Assembly: GCA_965218585.1 (NCBI GenBank)
Contig: CBDCLE010000001.1
Coordinates: 64,001 to 128,000, forward strand
From: Terriglobia bacterium
GTDB lineage: Bacteria > Acidobacteriota > Terriglobia > 20CM-2-55-15
DNA length: 64,000 nucleotides
Direction of reading: 5' to 3'
How positions within the stretch are numbered: the first letter of the stretch is position 1; the number at the start of each line of letters is the position of its first letter. The notes under the pieces are model-generated. The model was not told where the DNA came from. It saw only the letters and a program-made list of their open reading frames with translations, and searched no databases. This document shows positions 43,037-54,483 of the stretch, in pieces. Made by a program: the position numbers and the translations under genes.

Positions 43037-45347
43037 ATGCGCATCGTAGTCCTTGTTGTGGCATCAAGTAGCATTGTTCTAGCCCGCATATTTCACCGAT
43101 AGGACCAGAAAAGGCCGCCCTGTCTGGCATAAAGCGTTTTGAAATAAACGTTTAACAAGCCAAACGGAGACGGCCCTTATGAGAACAGAGTGTAACCAAA
43201 CGACGTTCGAATTTCACGGACTTCTTCAACGAAAAGTGAAGGCGCGTTTTGACGGCGGAAAGATCATCTCCGACGCTGGGGTTCTGCTGTTGAGGGAAGT
43301 GGAAAAGCGAACGGGTCTGATCGCCGGACTGGCCGAGTGTTTCAGGGATTACCGGGACGCGAGGTTGATCGAACACACGGTGAGCGAGTTATTGGGGCAG
43401 CGCGTCTACGGACTCTGTCTGGGCTACGAGGATCTGAACGATCATGACCAACTGCGGACCGATCCGATGCTGGCCGTGGCGGTGGATAAGGCCGATCCAC
43501 TGGGGGAGAAGCGGCGGCAGGCCCGAGACCGGGGAAAAGCGTTGGCGGGCAAGTGTACGCTGAACCGGTTGGAACTGACCGGGGAGCAAGTCGATGGGAA
43601 GGAGCGGTACAAGAAGATTGCCATGGACCCGGACAAGATCGACCGCTGGATGGTGGATGCATTTGTGGCGGCTCACGGATCGGCGCCCGAGGAGATTGTT
43701 CTGGACCTGGATGCGACCGATGATCCGATCCATGGCCATCAGGAAGGACGGTTCTTTCACGGCTACTATGGCAACTACTGTTATCTGCCGCTCTACATCT
43801 TTTCGGGAGAGCATCTGCTATGCGCCCGGTTGCGGTGCTCCAATGTCGACGGTGCGGACGGCGCCGTCGAGGAATTGAACCGCATCATCGGCCAGATCCG
43901 GCAGAGCTGGCCGGAGGTGTCGATTATCATCCGGGCCGACTCGGGCTTTTGCCGGGATGAATTGCTGAGTTGGTGCGAGGCCCACCAGGTCGATTACGTG
44001 GTGGGTCTGGCCAAGAACGATCGGCTCAAGCGCGAGATCGCTGAATCGATGAGTCAGGCCGAAGCCGAGTTTAACGACACCGGGAAACCGGCGCGGGTGT
44101 TTAACGATTTCCGGTATCGCACTCGGAAGAGCTGGACCTGCACCCGACGCGTCATCGGCAAGGCCGAGTTCCTGGAGAAAGGCGCCAATCCTCGATTCGT
44201 TGTGACCTCACTGTCGCCGGAACGCCTGGACGCCCGCGCCCTCTATGAAGACTTTTACTGTGCGCGGGGCGACATGGAAAATCGCATCAAGGAACAGCAG
44301 TTGGATCTATTCGCCGACCGGACCAGCGCGGCAACCATGCGCGCCAATCAACTCCGGCTCTATCTGTCCTCGGCCGCCTACATGCTCCTGCACGCGTTAC
44401 GCCGTCTGGGACTGAAGAATACCGATCTGGCCCGCGCTCAGTGCCAGACGATCCGCTTGAAGCTCCTCAAGATCGGAGCTCAAGTCCGTCTGACGGTTCG
44501 CAACATCTGGATCTCCATGTCGGAAGCCTATCCCTACGCCGAGGTCTTTGCCCTCGTCCATCGAAACCTGCAGGCGCTTCCTCTGCGCTGCTGAGAACCG
44601 ACCCGATCCCCTGCGCCAAAATCGACTCGCTCTTTTCGGCTCCGCCGAGGTTTGTCTCAGTGCGTTTCGTCACCCTCTTCTGAACCCGAAAACGCAGCAA
44701 CTCCCGCTTGTCGACACCGCCGAGTCACGCCACACATGCCCAATTCGAACCCAGATCCTCCCGAATCCGATTCTTACTGCCCAAATCCCCCTGATCGCCG
44801 GACTGGTGAAACATGCGGGCTAGGCGTTCACCCCACGATGGCCCAGGACTGGGGGCAAGACCGATCCATCGATCAGCTATCAGAAAGCGTATATCGCTGG
44901 GGTTCTCGCGGCGAGAATAGTGCGTTCATCGTGACGTCCGAGGGGATTATCGTCATCGACGGTAGTCCGTGCGCGTCGGGGGACACCGAATGGATCAAGG
45001 GCGAGCTCGACCAGCGATACGATGTTCCTGTCAAACTCGTCGTACTAAGCCATGACCATGCGAGTCACATCTGTGGGACGGAAATATTCAGTGACACAGC
45101 CATGACGATAAGCCACCGCCAAACTTCGGCCGCATATTCTCAGAGAGAGTCGCGCTTCAGCCGTGCCGAATATCACGTTTGAAGATTCCATGGACATTCA
45201 TCTGGGTGGGCTCAAGGTGGTCTTGATCTATAACGGCCCGACTCATAGCGATAACCTGATCCAGGTTCATATTCCGGAGGAGGGAGTCCTTATTGCGGTG
45301 GACCTGTCGCGTGCTGGAAGGAGTCTGGTATTTCCGGATTTTCGTGA
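43037..45347 (+). pseudogene. exported MBL-fold hydrolase split by IS1380 and truncated by IS256
   Basis: MRIVVLVVASSSIVL|GVHPTMAQDW rejoins across CTAG; SHDHASH and PTHSDN motifs. Confidence 0.8.
43083..44819 (+). mobile_element. IS1380 family element; transposase 43179-44594
   Basis: IRs CCCGCATATTTCACC / GGTGAAACATGCGGG; TSD CTAG; LDLDATDD, RADSGF and RGDMENRIKE motifs. Confidence 0.95.
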
Positions 45348-46713
45348 GAGGTCATTACAAAAGGTGTGTAAAAGTCATCAGGCGGCGGCCTTCGATTTCA
45401 TCACGACTCTGATGCCGTCAGCGAATTGCTGGCCATCATAGACCTCTTGTAAGAGTTCGGATCCTTTTAAGTGTCGCCAAGCCTTCTCAGCGACACGTAG
45501 TAGCTTCCAGATCATTGCCGTTGCATTCTCGACACGCTTGAATCGGCGAGCGGCGTTGGTGCGGAGGCGAACCATGTCGAAGGGCGATTCGACGATGTTG
45601 GTCGTTCTAAGATGCACCCAGTGTTGTTTCGGGAACTCATAGAAAGTAATCATCCGGTCCCAGTCCCGCAAACAGCGTCTCACCCGCTTTGGGATAGTTC
45701 TTCTCATATCGGCGGACGAACTGATCCCGCTTTCGTTCGCAGGCCGCGCGGGAGTTCGCGAAGGCCATCCCATGAAGCAGCTGTCTGGCCGCGGGCTGCT
45801 CGGTCTTCGGCAGATGATCGACCACGTTGATCGACTTGTGGTTCCAGCAGCGTTGTTCCTGGCCCTGGGGCTGTTGCTCGGCCAGCGCGGACCAGATGCC
45901 CAGGTGACCGTCCGCGACAGTCAGTCGTCCCAGCTTCAGGCCCCGTCTCTGGAGATTGCGCAGAATGCGGCTCCAGGACTCCTTGCTTTCCCGCTGCCCG
46001 CTCTCACAGGCCAACAGCACTTTGCGCCCGTCTGACAAGGCTCCGATGATCACCAGCAATGCCGCTCGCTCTTTCGCGATCCCCGCTTTCACGTACAAGC
46101 CGTCTGCCCACTGGTACACGACCTCGAGGCCGGACAGGTCCTGCTGGACCCACTCGTCATACTCCAACTGCCAGGTCGATTTCAGTCGTTGGATCGATGC
46201 TCGCGACAACGGAGCGCCAGCGCCAAGCAGTCCGCGCATGGCCTGCTCGAAGTCCCCTGTGGCCAGACCGTGGAGGTAGAGATCGGGAAGTAGCTCGCCC
46301 AGCTGTTTCGATTTCCGTCGAAAATACGGCAGGATCTGACTCTCGAACCGCTCGGCGGTGTTTCGAACCCGAGGTCGTCGAACCTCCATCGTACCGTTCA
46401 TCATTGCGAAGCGTCGCGGCTTCCCGTGACCGTTCCGGTATCCTCGTCGATTCGGACTCCGCTCCGACTTTTCCCGACCCAGAAATTGAGTGACTTCGTC
46501 CTCGAGCAGCTCCTGTAGCCAGACTTGGACCCGGGATCGCGCCCAGTCCTCCAAACCTTCATACGCGTTCGTTGACGCCACTGATGCCGGTATGTTCTTC
46601 TTCTTCATGGGTGGTGTACCTTTCTCCCGGTTGCTGCCGGGATTGCTTAGGGTTTCGGATTCACCGAAAGCGTACACCGCCTTCTCTTTTTACACACCGA
46701 TTGGAACGACCTC
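45348..46713 (-). mobile_element. IS256 family element (type B), copy 2; frameshift near 45670; no TSD
   Basis: Near-identical to 33034-34412; flanks TTTCGTGA and TCCTTCTC differ. Confidence 0.92.
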
Positions 46714-46767
46714 TCCTTCTCGGTAGTCCTATACTTGAGGTTGGTTGTAAAGGAGACGTAGACGCCA

Positions 46768-47289
46768 ATGTCGAGATTCACAGAACGCATGATTCGCGCT
46801 GCGAAGTTAGATGTGAACCTTTATGAAGAGGTGGAAGCCGATAAGACGGCCATGGGCCAGGCGATGGGCGTGGTGGTGTTGTCCTCTCTTGCCGCCGGCA
46901 TCGGCAGTATATCCATGGGTGGCAGAAATTTAATTCTCGTGACCATTGCCGCTTTAGTGGGATGGTATATCTGGGCGTATCTCACTTATTTTATCGGCAC
47001 CAAATTTCTGCCCGAAACGCAAACAAAGGCCGATCACGGAGAACTGTTAAGAACGATCGGATTTTCTAGCTCGCCGGGGCTGATACGGATTTTGGGAATC
47101 ATTCCAGGGTTCACCAACTTAGTCTTCTCGGTGGCCGGAATCTGGATGCTCATTGCGATGGTCATTGCGGTGCGTCAGGCATTGGACTATACAAGCACCC
47201 TGCGAGCGGTGGGTGTGTGCTTGATCGGCTGGATCATTCAGAGCATCTTTGTAGGGCTCTTATTGTTGTTTGCGCAGGGTGGCGCTTGA
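46768..47289 (+). CDS. YIP1 family membrane protein
   Basis: AGGAG RBS; YEEVEAD, ELLRTIGFSSSPG and AVRQALDY motifs; about 5 TM. Confidence 0.85.
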   Translation: MSRFTERMIRAAKLDVNLYEEVEADKTAMGQAMGVVVLSSLAAGIGSISMGGRNLILVTIAALVGWYIWAYLTYFIGTKFLPETQTKADHGELLRTIGFSSSPGLIRILGIIPGFTNLVFSVAGIWMLIAMVIAVRQALDYTSTLRAVGVCLIGWIIQSIFVGLLLLFAQGGA

Positions 47290-47506
47290 AAAACCCGCTG
47301 ATACCTCCGTCTACGCTTCGAGCGCAACTTCACGATGCCGCCCGCAAGACTCAACGAGGCCAGAATGGATTCGCTACATTCTTTTCTGTACGGCTCTTTC
47401 ATCCCCTACAACGTGCTGGTTTATCCTGGCGCTTTCCCTGATAGATCATCTTCCCGGACGTTGAGAAATCCACCAGGGGGTTAAGTGGCCCCCTCAGGAG
47501 GTCGAG

Positions 47507-47668
47507 GTGAAAGCGAAAAAAGAGACGACCCCCGATGTTCGCGTCTGGTGTCAACACTGTCGCGTTCGAATCTCACCCAATGAAGACCAGGTTGCTGCCG
47601 GTGACAAGGTCTACCATAGGCAGTGCTTTCCCAAGCGGCCCTCCGTCAAGAGAGCTAAGAAGAAGTAG
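47507..47668 (+). CDS. 53-aa basic zinc-finger microprotein (CxxC-x18-HxxC), absent from the ORF track
   Basis: AGGAGG upstream; MKAKKETTPDVRVWCQHCRVRISPNEDQVAAGDKVYHRQCFPKRPSVKRAKKK*. Confidence 0.7.
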   Translation: MKAKKETTPDVRVWCQHCRVRISPNEDQVAAGDKVYHRQCFPKRPSVKRAKKK

Positions 47669-47825
47669 CCGCTGTTTCTGAATGAGTGCCCACCGCAAGT
47701 GAGCCACCATCCATTAGCGAATCTGGAACGAAAGCGAGGTCAAGCCCTGAATTTCAGCGAACGAAAACCCTCCTCTCGCCTGCCGTACCCCGATTGGCCA
47801 CCAATGGGATGTATCTACCATTGTT

Positions 47826-48086
47826 TCAATGGATTACTGTGACAATCGAAGCTCTCAGCGGTTCAGCCAACACGTAGTCCGTCTCGCTACCCTTCCTGCC
47901 CGTAACAGCATCCAGTAGCCAACACAGCGGCATGTCGGCTTCGTCCGTGCAGTGTTCACAGCCGAGGATCTGACTCTGTACTTGAAGGGCTGCGGTTCGG
48001 CTGACGGCAACGAGGGTTTTGATTGTTCTTGCGCCCAAACTTCCATAGCATTGGCGATGCACTCACGAAATCAACAAAGCAACCTC
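47826..48086 (-). pseudogene. remnant of a small CxxC protein abutting IS21
   Basis: GCEHCTDEADMPLCWLLDAVTG...TDYVL; no clear start. Confidence 0.4.
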
Positions 48087-48192
48087 TGAGAACCTCGGCG
48101 GTCACCCAAAACCGGCCAATGGTGGTCACCTGAAAACCGGCCAACGATAGAGGCCCGGGACATTGACAGCAGGCGGAGTAATCTCCGTCGGC

Positions 48193-49809
48193 ATGAGCAA
48201 TGTCTTGAGCACAGAAAAGAGAGAACAAGTTGTTGCATTGGGGCGGCTTGGATGGCCGCTGCGTCGGATTGAACAGACCACTGGCGTTCGCCGTGAGACG
48301 GCCAGTGGGTATCTGAGAGCGGCCGGAATCCCCGTACGGCCGCCCGGTAGCTGGGGCCGGCGACCGGCAAAACCGGCCAACGAGGTGACCACCGACCCGG
48401 ACGGCGTAAGTGGTGTCGTTGAAAGGGTTGGCGATTCCGATATTTCAAAACCGGCCAACGAAGTGACCACCGACTCGGAGGCCGAGAATCCGGTCCCGGC
48501 AGAGTCGTCGAGCCCACCGTCGAGCAGTTCCTGCGAGCCGTACCGGGAGACGATCGAACAGGCGCTGGAGCGTGGCCGCAACGCGATGGCGATCTGGCAG
48601 GACCTGGTTACGGATCATGGCTTTGCCAGCAGCTACGAAGCGGTCAAGCGGTTCGTTCGCAAACTCCGGGGCGTGCGGTCTCCCGTAGCGGTCGGCATCA
48701 TCCAAACCGACCCTGGAGAAGAAGCCCAGGTCGACTACGGAACCGGACCCATGGTTCGGGATCCGAAGACCGGCAAGTACCGGCGGACCCGGCTGTTCGT
48801 GATGACGCTGGGCTACAGCCGCAAATCCGTGCGGTTGCTGAGCTTCAAATCCAGTTCCCTTATCTGGGCCCAGCTGCACGAGACCGCGTTCCGGCGCCTG
48901 GGTGGCAGTCCCCGTCTCATGATCCTGGACAACCTGCGCGAGGGTGTGATCGACCCGGAGTATTACGACCCCACGCTGAATCCGCTGTTCCGGGATGTGC
49001 TGGCTCACTACGGCGTGGTGGCCCTGCCATGCCGGGTGCGCGACCCAGACCGCAAAGGGAAAGTGGAGTCCGGGGTGGGACACGCCCAGAAGACCCCACT
49101 GAAGGGACAGCGCTTCGAGAGCCTCGAGGAGGCTCAGGCGTATCTGGACCGGTGGGCCGACACCCGCATCCACGGCACGACCAAGCGGCAGGTGGGGGCC
49201 ATGTTCGCTGAAGAGAAGCCGTCGCTAAAGCGGCTGCCGATCGAACCCTTCCGCTACTACAAGTACGGGCAGCGTGTCGTCCATCTCGACGGTTGTGTGG
49301 AAGTCGAAGCGGCCTATTACGGTTTACCGCCCGGTTGGATCGGACGAACGGTCAAAGTGCAGTGGGACACTCTCCACGTCCGGATCCTCGACCCGAACAC
49401 CTATCAACTCCTGCGGGAGCATGTCCGTCAAAAACGCGGTGGATATCGTGTCCGCCCCGAAGACAATCCCAAAAAGACGCCCCTAACTACCGTGCAACTG
49501 CTCGCCCGCGCCCGCCGCGCCGGAACCCATATCGGCACGCTATGTGAGGGGATTCATCGCCGACAGGGGAAGGCTGCGGTCCGCCGCATCCTGGGTGTAC
49601 TCTCCCTGGCCAAGAGGTACGGTGTGTCCGCCGTCGAGGATGCTTCGGCTGTGGCACTGGAACTCCACGTCTACGAGTATCGTTTCCTCCGCCGCTATCT
49701 GGAGCGGCGACCTCCACTCGCACTCCGTCAGGTCGATCCTCTCATTCGTGAACTGACCCAGTATCGCGATCTCATCAACCTCAAGATCCAGGAGCAGGAA
49801 CAATCATGA
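48193..49809 (+). CDS. istA: IS21 transposase IstA
   Basis: PGEEAQVDYG, LDNL and RKGKVESGV motifs. Confidence 0.92.
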   Translation: MSNVLSTEKREQVVALGRLGWPLRRIEQTTGVRRETASGYLRAAGIPVRPPGSWGRRPAKPANEVTTDPDGVSGVVERVGDSDISKPANEVTTDSEAENPVPAESSSPPSSSSCEPYRETIEQALERGRNAMAIWQDLVTDHGFASSYEAVKRFVRKLRGVRSPVAVGIIQTDPGEEAQVDYGTGPMVRDPKTGKYRRTRLFVMTLGYSRKSVRLLSFKSSSLIWAQLHETAFRRLGGSPRLMILDNLREGVIDPEYYDPTLNPLFRDVLAHYGVVALPCRVRDPDRKGKVESGVGHAQKTPLKGQRFESLEEAQAYLDRWADTRIHGTTKRQVGAMFAEEKPSLKRLPIEPFRYYKYGQRVVHLDGCVEVEAAYYGLPPGWIGRTVKVQWDTLHVRILDPNTYQLLREHVRQKRGGYRVRPEDNPKKTPLTTVQLLARARRAGTHIGTLCEGIHRRQGKAAVRRILGVLSLAKRYGVSAVEDASAVALELHVYEYRFLRRYLERRPPLALRQVDPLIRELTQYRDLINLKIQEQEQS

Positions 49810-50561
49810 ATCTCATTGAACTCCAGCGGGCTCTCCGACAACTCCGTCTCGGCGGCATCGCCGAGGTCCTGGAAACACGACTCCACCAGGCCCAGACCGA
49901 ACCCATGGCGCCGATCGATCTGGTCTCCCGCCTAGTCTCCGACGAACTGGACCGTCGCAGCATCCGACTGCTGGAACGCCGGCGGAAGCAAGCCCGGTTC
50001 CGCGATCCCCACAAGACGCTGGACAGCTTCGACTTCACTTTCAACAAGAAGATGAATCGCAGTCTGGTCTTCGATCTGGCCACGGCCGCATTCATCTCCA
50101 GACACGAAGACGCCTTGTTTCTCGGTCCACCCGGCACCGGCAAGAGTCATCTGGCTCAGGCCATCGGTCTGGCCGCCATCGAGCAAGGCTATCGGGTCGT
50201 CTACCGTGAAACCCATGCCCTTCTCGACGACATCGCCGAAGCCACCATCGACGGGACCCGTAAGGAGTTTATGGAGGCTCTGGCCACGGTCCCGTTGCTG
50301 ATCATCGACGACCTGGGGATACGGAAGCTCCCCCCGACTGCAGCAGAGGAACTTCTCGAGATCGTTATGCGACGGTATGAACGAACCAGCACGTTACTGA
50401 CATCGAATCGGCCCGTCGAAGACTGGGGCAAACTACTCGGCGACAGCGCGGCTGTGACTGCGATGCTGGATCGGTTGCTCCATCACGGCCACATCCTCAA
50501 GTGCGGGCCTCGGAGTTGGCGCACCAAAACGGGCTTGCCGACTCCCCCACGAAAGGGGTAG
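49806..50561 (+). CDS. istB: IS21 helper ATPase IstB
   Basis: GPPGTGKS, LLIIDDLG, TSNR and LDRLLHH motifs. Confidence 0.94.
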   Translation: MNLIELQRALRQLRLGGIAEVLETRLHQAQTEPMAPIDLVSRLVSDELDRRSIRLLERRRKQARFRDPHKTLDSFDFTFNKKMNRSLVFDLATAAFISRHEDALFLGPPGTGKSHLAQAIGLAAIEQGYRVVYRETHALLDDIAEATIDGTRKEFMEALATVPLLIIDDLGIRKLPPTAAEELLEIVMRRYERTSTLLTSNRPVEDWGKLLGDSAAVTAMLDRLLHHGHILKCGPRSWRTKTGLPTPPRKG

Positions 50562-50789
50562 AACTACACCGTCCCGGGCCATGCCCGTTGGCCGGTTTTG
50601 AAGTGACCATCGTTGGCCGGTTTTGAAGTGACCACTGAGGCTTCAGCACGACGGGTGCGCTGGATTTCGAGAATGTCTCTTTGACTCTAAAGCCTGCGGA
50701 TGGTCCTCCCGCGACGCCAGCGTCCGACCACAGATCCTACGATGTCGGCGTCGGGAGCCTGCGGGATATCTGCCACGTTCACGAGACGA

Positions 50790-50970
50790 GAGCAGTATTG
50801 TCGCATCGAGCCGGAACTGCCGCGTCAGCGGGGCAACGTCAGTCTTTCGAACCTGACGGTCTTGAACGCCATTTTGTATGTGGCTGAGCAGGGCTGCAAG
50901 TGGCGCGGTCTGCCCAAGCGCTTTGGCAACTGGCACACCATCTACACCCGGATGAACCGCTGGTCCAAGA
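50790..50970 (+). pseudogene. IS5 family transposase N-terminal fragment
   Basis: LNAILYVAEQGCKWRGLPKRFGNWHTIYTRMNRW. Confidence 0.8.
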
Positions 50971-51375
50971 AGAGTGGGTCCCCTTTTTCACGAATCCGGT
51001 GTCGTCGACAATCCAGGCTTCAATCGGACCGTTGGCTTCCATCGCCCCCAGCGCGTACTGTCGAACTTCTGCCAACAGAGCCGCATCGTCCCAGGGCGCA
51101 TCCGCGACCAGATGATGTAGCGACTGGTGCATTCGGCGTACATTATCCGGAGCCAATCGTGCAGCCATCGGCTCCACACTCTTACGTTTGATCGGCAGCA
51201 ACAACCCGGTGCAGTACGACTTCAACGGTTCATGACGATCGGCGTGTCCTGCGGCCGACGCCAGGCGTTCCAAATAGGCCGCAAAACGTTTTTCCTGAGT
51301 GCCTGGCGCCTTCGATTTGGCGCTCATGACCGGATGCTAACATAAAATAGACCGTTTGTAACATAGTAGTAGTAG
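50971..51375 (-). mobile_element. IS701 family 5' fragment
   Basis: ATG 51327; RKSVEPMAA...WIVDDTGFVKKGTHS; abuts the IS5 fragment. Confidence 0.8.
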
Positions 51376-51377
51376 CC

Positions 51378-51458
51378 GGAGGGCCAATCATTCCGGTTCA
51401 CCTCATGAACGAGGTGGACAATGGCAGAGTCGTCTTCTTCTGCGGTGCGGGGATTTCA
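51378..51458 (+). pseudogene. SIR2-domain (DSR-type) N-terminal remnant
   Basis: GPIIPVHLMNEVDNGRVVFFCGAGIS, then resemblance ends. Confidence 0.65.
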
Positions 51459-51832
51459 CGCTTCTTCGTCAGACGTAGAGGGTTCTGGCCCCGGGCCCCC
51501 ATTTCTGATATGAGAGAAAGGCATCCATCTGCCATCGTGACCAACGGCGCGTGCAGGCAGCTTCCGGGGCCTTCCTGCGGGAAATGGATCCGGACTGGAG
51601 CACCGCGTCCCGCCGTGCGGTCGAGGCGCTCCGGGATGCGGAGTAACTTCAGGGCGTCGCGACTCGGTCACCTCCGAACTGGTCAAAGAACTCAGCGTCG
51701 CCGTCCCGGGACTGAGCTGCGGACGGGTTGGAGATCCTTCGGATGCCGGTCCGGAGCGTAAAATGGTCTGCGCCCGCGTTCCGCGGCGAACCGCGGGCGC
51801 AGGTGCCGGTGGAAGTGCGATACTGTCATGCC

Positions 51833-52021
51833 ATGCGTATCGCAACCTGGAATGTCAACGGCCTGCGGGCGCGCATGGATTTCATCGCGCATTGGCTGAA
51901 GAGCCGCGCGCCCGACGTGGTGGGTCTCCAGGAAGTGAAGGTGAGCGACGAGGACTTCCCGCACGACGACTTCCGGGCCCTCGGCTATCACGCCGACTGT
52001 CGAAGCGGTTCGGGCGCATAA
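51833..52021 (+). pseudogene. xth: exodeoxyribonuclease III N-terminal fragment
   Basis: MRIATWNVNGLRAR...PDVVGLQEVK. Confidence 0.8.
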
Positions 52022-52272
52022 CAAGAAAGTATACGCGGCCCCTCGCTACAGAAGCTCAGCTTGCGTCGGTCACCAATTACTTTATTTCCTTGAACCGAGA
52101 GTGGTTCGATGACTGTCGTTACTAAGTATGCTGCTTGCCGTTTAACCAATGGTTATATGCACCGCTACGGCGCGGAGCGCCTTGAGCGTCCCGGCGCCCA
52201 CTCGTTGAAGGCTTCCCCGATGAAAGCTAACCCTCGTTTACGCCGCCAAAGATCCGTAGTTGGGACGTCGTT

Positions 52273-54483
52273 ATGAGTTTTCTTGATCGGTTGTTCGGAC
52301 GGAGACCGGCAGCACAGAGGCGGTCACCCGAAACGCCACCAACTGGCTCAACGCCTCTGCGAGATCCTAGAGGCTCAACCACCTTTGAGACAGCTAATCG
52401 GCGCCCATTCGACACTATCGCTGAGGCTGAAGAAGTGTGGCGGGCTGGCAACGCGTCGTTTGCCGAGAAACTATTCGAGCGTGGCATCGACGTGTACAGA
52501 CAGCGGGAGCCCGACGGTGTGGCCTTCGCGCTCGGGCGCTATGGCGCTTTCCTGATAGATCAAGGCCGCAAAGTCGCCGCTGCGCGCATCCTTGAAACTG
52601 GCGATTGAGCAGAATACCGATATCCCTGCGATCTGGTCTGACTATCTCAGCCTCGTCGCGGATCAGCGCGATATCGAGACGTTCAAGAGCATCGTTGAGC
52701 ACATGATTGCGTCGGTGAAGTACCAGGTTAAACCAGAATCTGTGCTGGCGTATGCACGGCGGACGGGCCGGGAGGGTGCGGTTGATTTCGCCGAAGCGGT
52801 CGCTCGCTGGGTCCTCGAGCGGACAAAGGGTGAAGGCGACAGGGAAGGACGTTGGGCAGCGATCGGAGACCTCGGACGGATTTTGGAACGCGACGATCGC
52901 CTGGATGAGGCCATGAGACTGTGGCGCGATGCGTTTGATGAGGGCAGCCGCGATCCAGAGTGATTTCGCTACTCTGAATTGGCCCACTTTGATCGTTTGA
53001 TTTGGCCCACCCCTGACAGCTGAACCGGGAAGGCTGTTCTGATCCAACAAGATCAGAACGGAGGGCCTGGTGTCGAGGAGATCGAAAGTGGACCTGTTCG
53101 AAGAGATTCGACGGGAGTACGAGTTTGGGGTGGGCACCATCCAGGGGGCGGCCCAGAAACTGGGCGTGCACCGGCGGATGGTGCGGCAGGCGTTGGCGGA
53201 CGCGAATCCGCCAGCGAGGAAACGACCGGAGCGGAAGAAGCCGCGGCTCGGGCCTGTGATGGAGTTCATCGACGCGATATTGGAGTCGGACCGGAAAGCC
53301 CCGCGAACGAATCGTCAACTCTCGTTGACATCGATTTCGCGACTGGTGCTGAGATTCGGCGCATCGAGAATCTGCCCCTCCTCGGAGACACGTTGTTCGA
53401 ACCGGGGGGGCAAGGCATCGGTATCCGCCGTACCGCCGCAGTGGGCCAAGGACCAACGCTACTCAAGTTTCTCGGCGCCGACGGGCGCATGGCCGCTGAA
53501 TCATCCGTACCCGACGCCACCTCGGAGATCGCTCTGGGACCCAACCTCTGGTACGTCGGTTGCCGAAACGGTTGTCTCTACGCGTTCGGATTCGACGGGA
53601 AGCAGCGCTGGGTGTGGGAAACCCCAGGTTCGAAGGACTTCGACAACAACGTCTACCTACGGCCATGCCCGTACTACGTGGCGTCGCGGCGCTCGTTTGC
53701 CGCCGTTGCGAGTATGGGAACATCTATGCTGTCTCATCCCGTGGAAAGACGCTGTGGCACGCCGCACTACCAAACGAAAGGCAAACGCGCTGGGAGTTCA
53801 CGATTCCGATCGAAGGCGGTGAAGGTAGAGAGCATGCTTACCGCGCGCTCGGTCTTCCGCCGGGTGCACCGCATAAGGACGTGAAGTCGGCCTACCGGCG
53901 TCTCGCGCTTGCGACTCACCCAGATCGCAACCCAGGAGACGAAGCCTCAGCGAAGTTCCGCCTGATCCAAGAGGCCTACGAACGCATCTTCGCGAGCCCC
54001 GCCACGACCGGAGCAACCTCAGCCGGAATGACCGTGAGCATGGAAATTCAGGGCTTTGGTCCTACGGCCAGCTTTCTTGTCGCTAACGCCGCAGGCGTCG
54101 TCGCTGGCTCGTCACAGGGGCGACTCTATGTCTTCGACGACAATGGTAGCTTGCGTGAGGCCCGCGTGCTCGGTGATGGGCCCGTGCGCGCGGCGCTTCG
54201 ATCCAACGGCACGGTTGGGGCTGCATGGTGTAACGATGCGTTGTTCTTCTTCAAAGAGAATAAGATCGTCAATGCGGCGGAGGCGATTGACTGGCCGCAT
54301 GCTCTCACGATGCTCGGTGACGACATCGTTCTGGCGCGGGGCAACGAGGTGCAAGCAATGGATACGTATGGTCGGTTGTTGTGGTCAGTGGAGTTCTCGA
54401 AGACCGTCACCGGAATTGCAGCGCACGGTGACACGCTTGTGTGCGCGGCCGGCGTGCTGACGGCGTTCCGACGTAAAGTGTAA
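52273..54483 (+). pseudogene. helical-repeat + PQQ-like beta-propeller + J-domain protein, broken by an IS21 fragment and frameshifts
   Basis: TPR-like helices 52273-52960; [14 protein letters not shown] blades; YRRLALATHPDRN...FRLIQEAYERI J-domain; more blades to 54483. Confidence 0.65.
52961..53305 (+). mobile_element. IS21 family left-end fragment (different element)
   Basis: TG end with TTGGCCCAC repeats; IstA N-terminus LFEEIRRE...[11 protein letters not shown]; truncated. Confidence 0.75.

Larger units (their letters stand above)
48087..50645 (+). mobile_element. IS21 family element (ends approximate)
   Basis: TG...CA ends with doubled GGTCAC-AAAACCGGCCAA repeats, inverted at the right end; istA-istB; no clear TSD. 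Confidence 0.9.

Noticed and set aside
33034-46713. Composite transposon of the two IS256-B copies carrying hflKC and the kinase operon
   Set aside because: Copy 1 has its own 8-bp TSD and the outer flanks do not match
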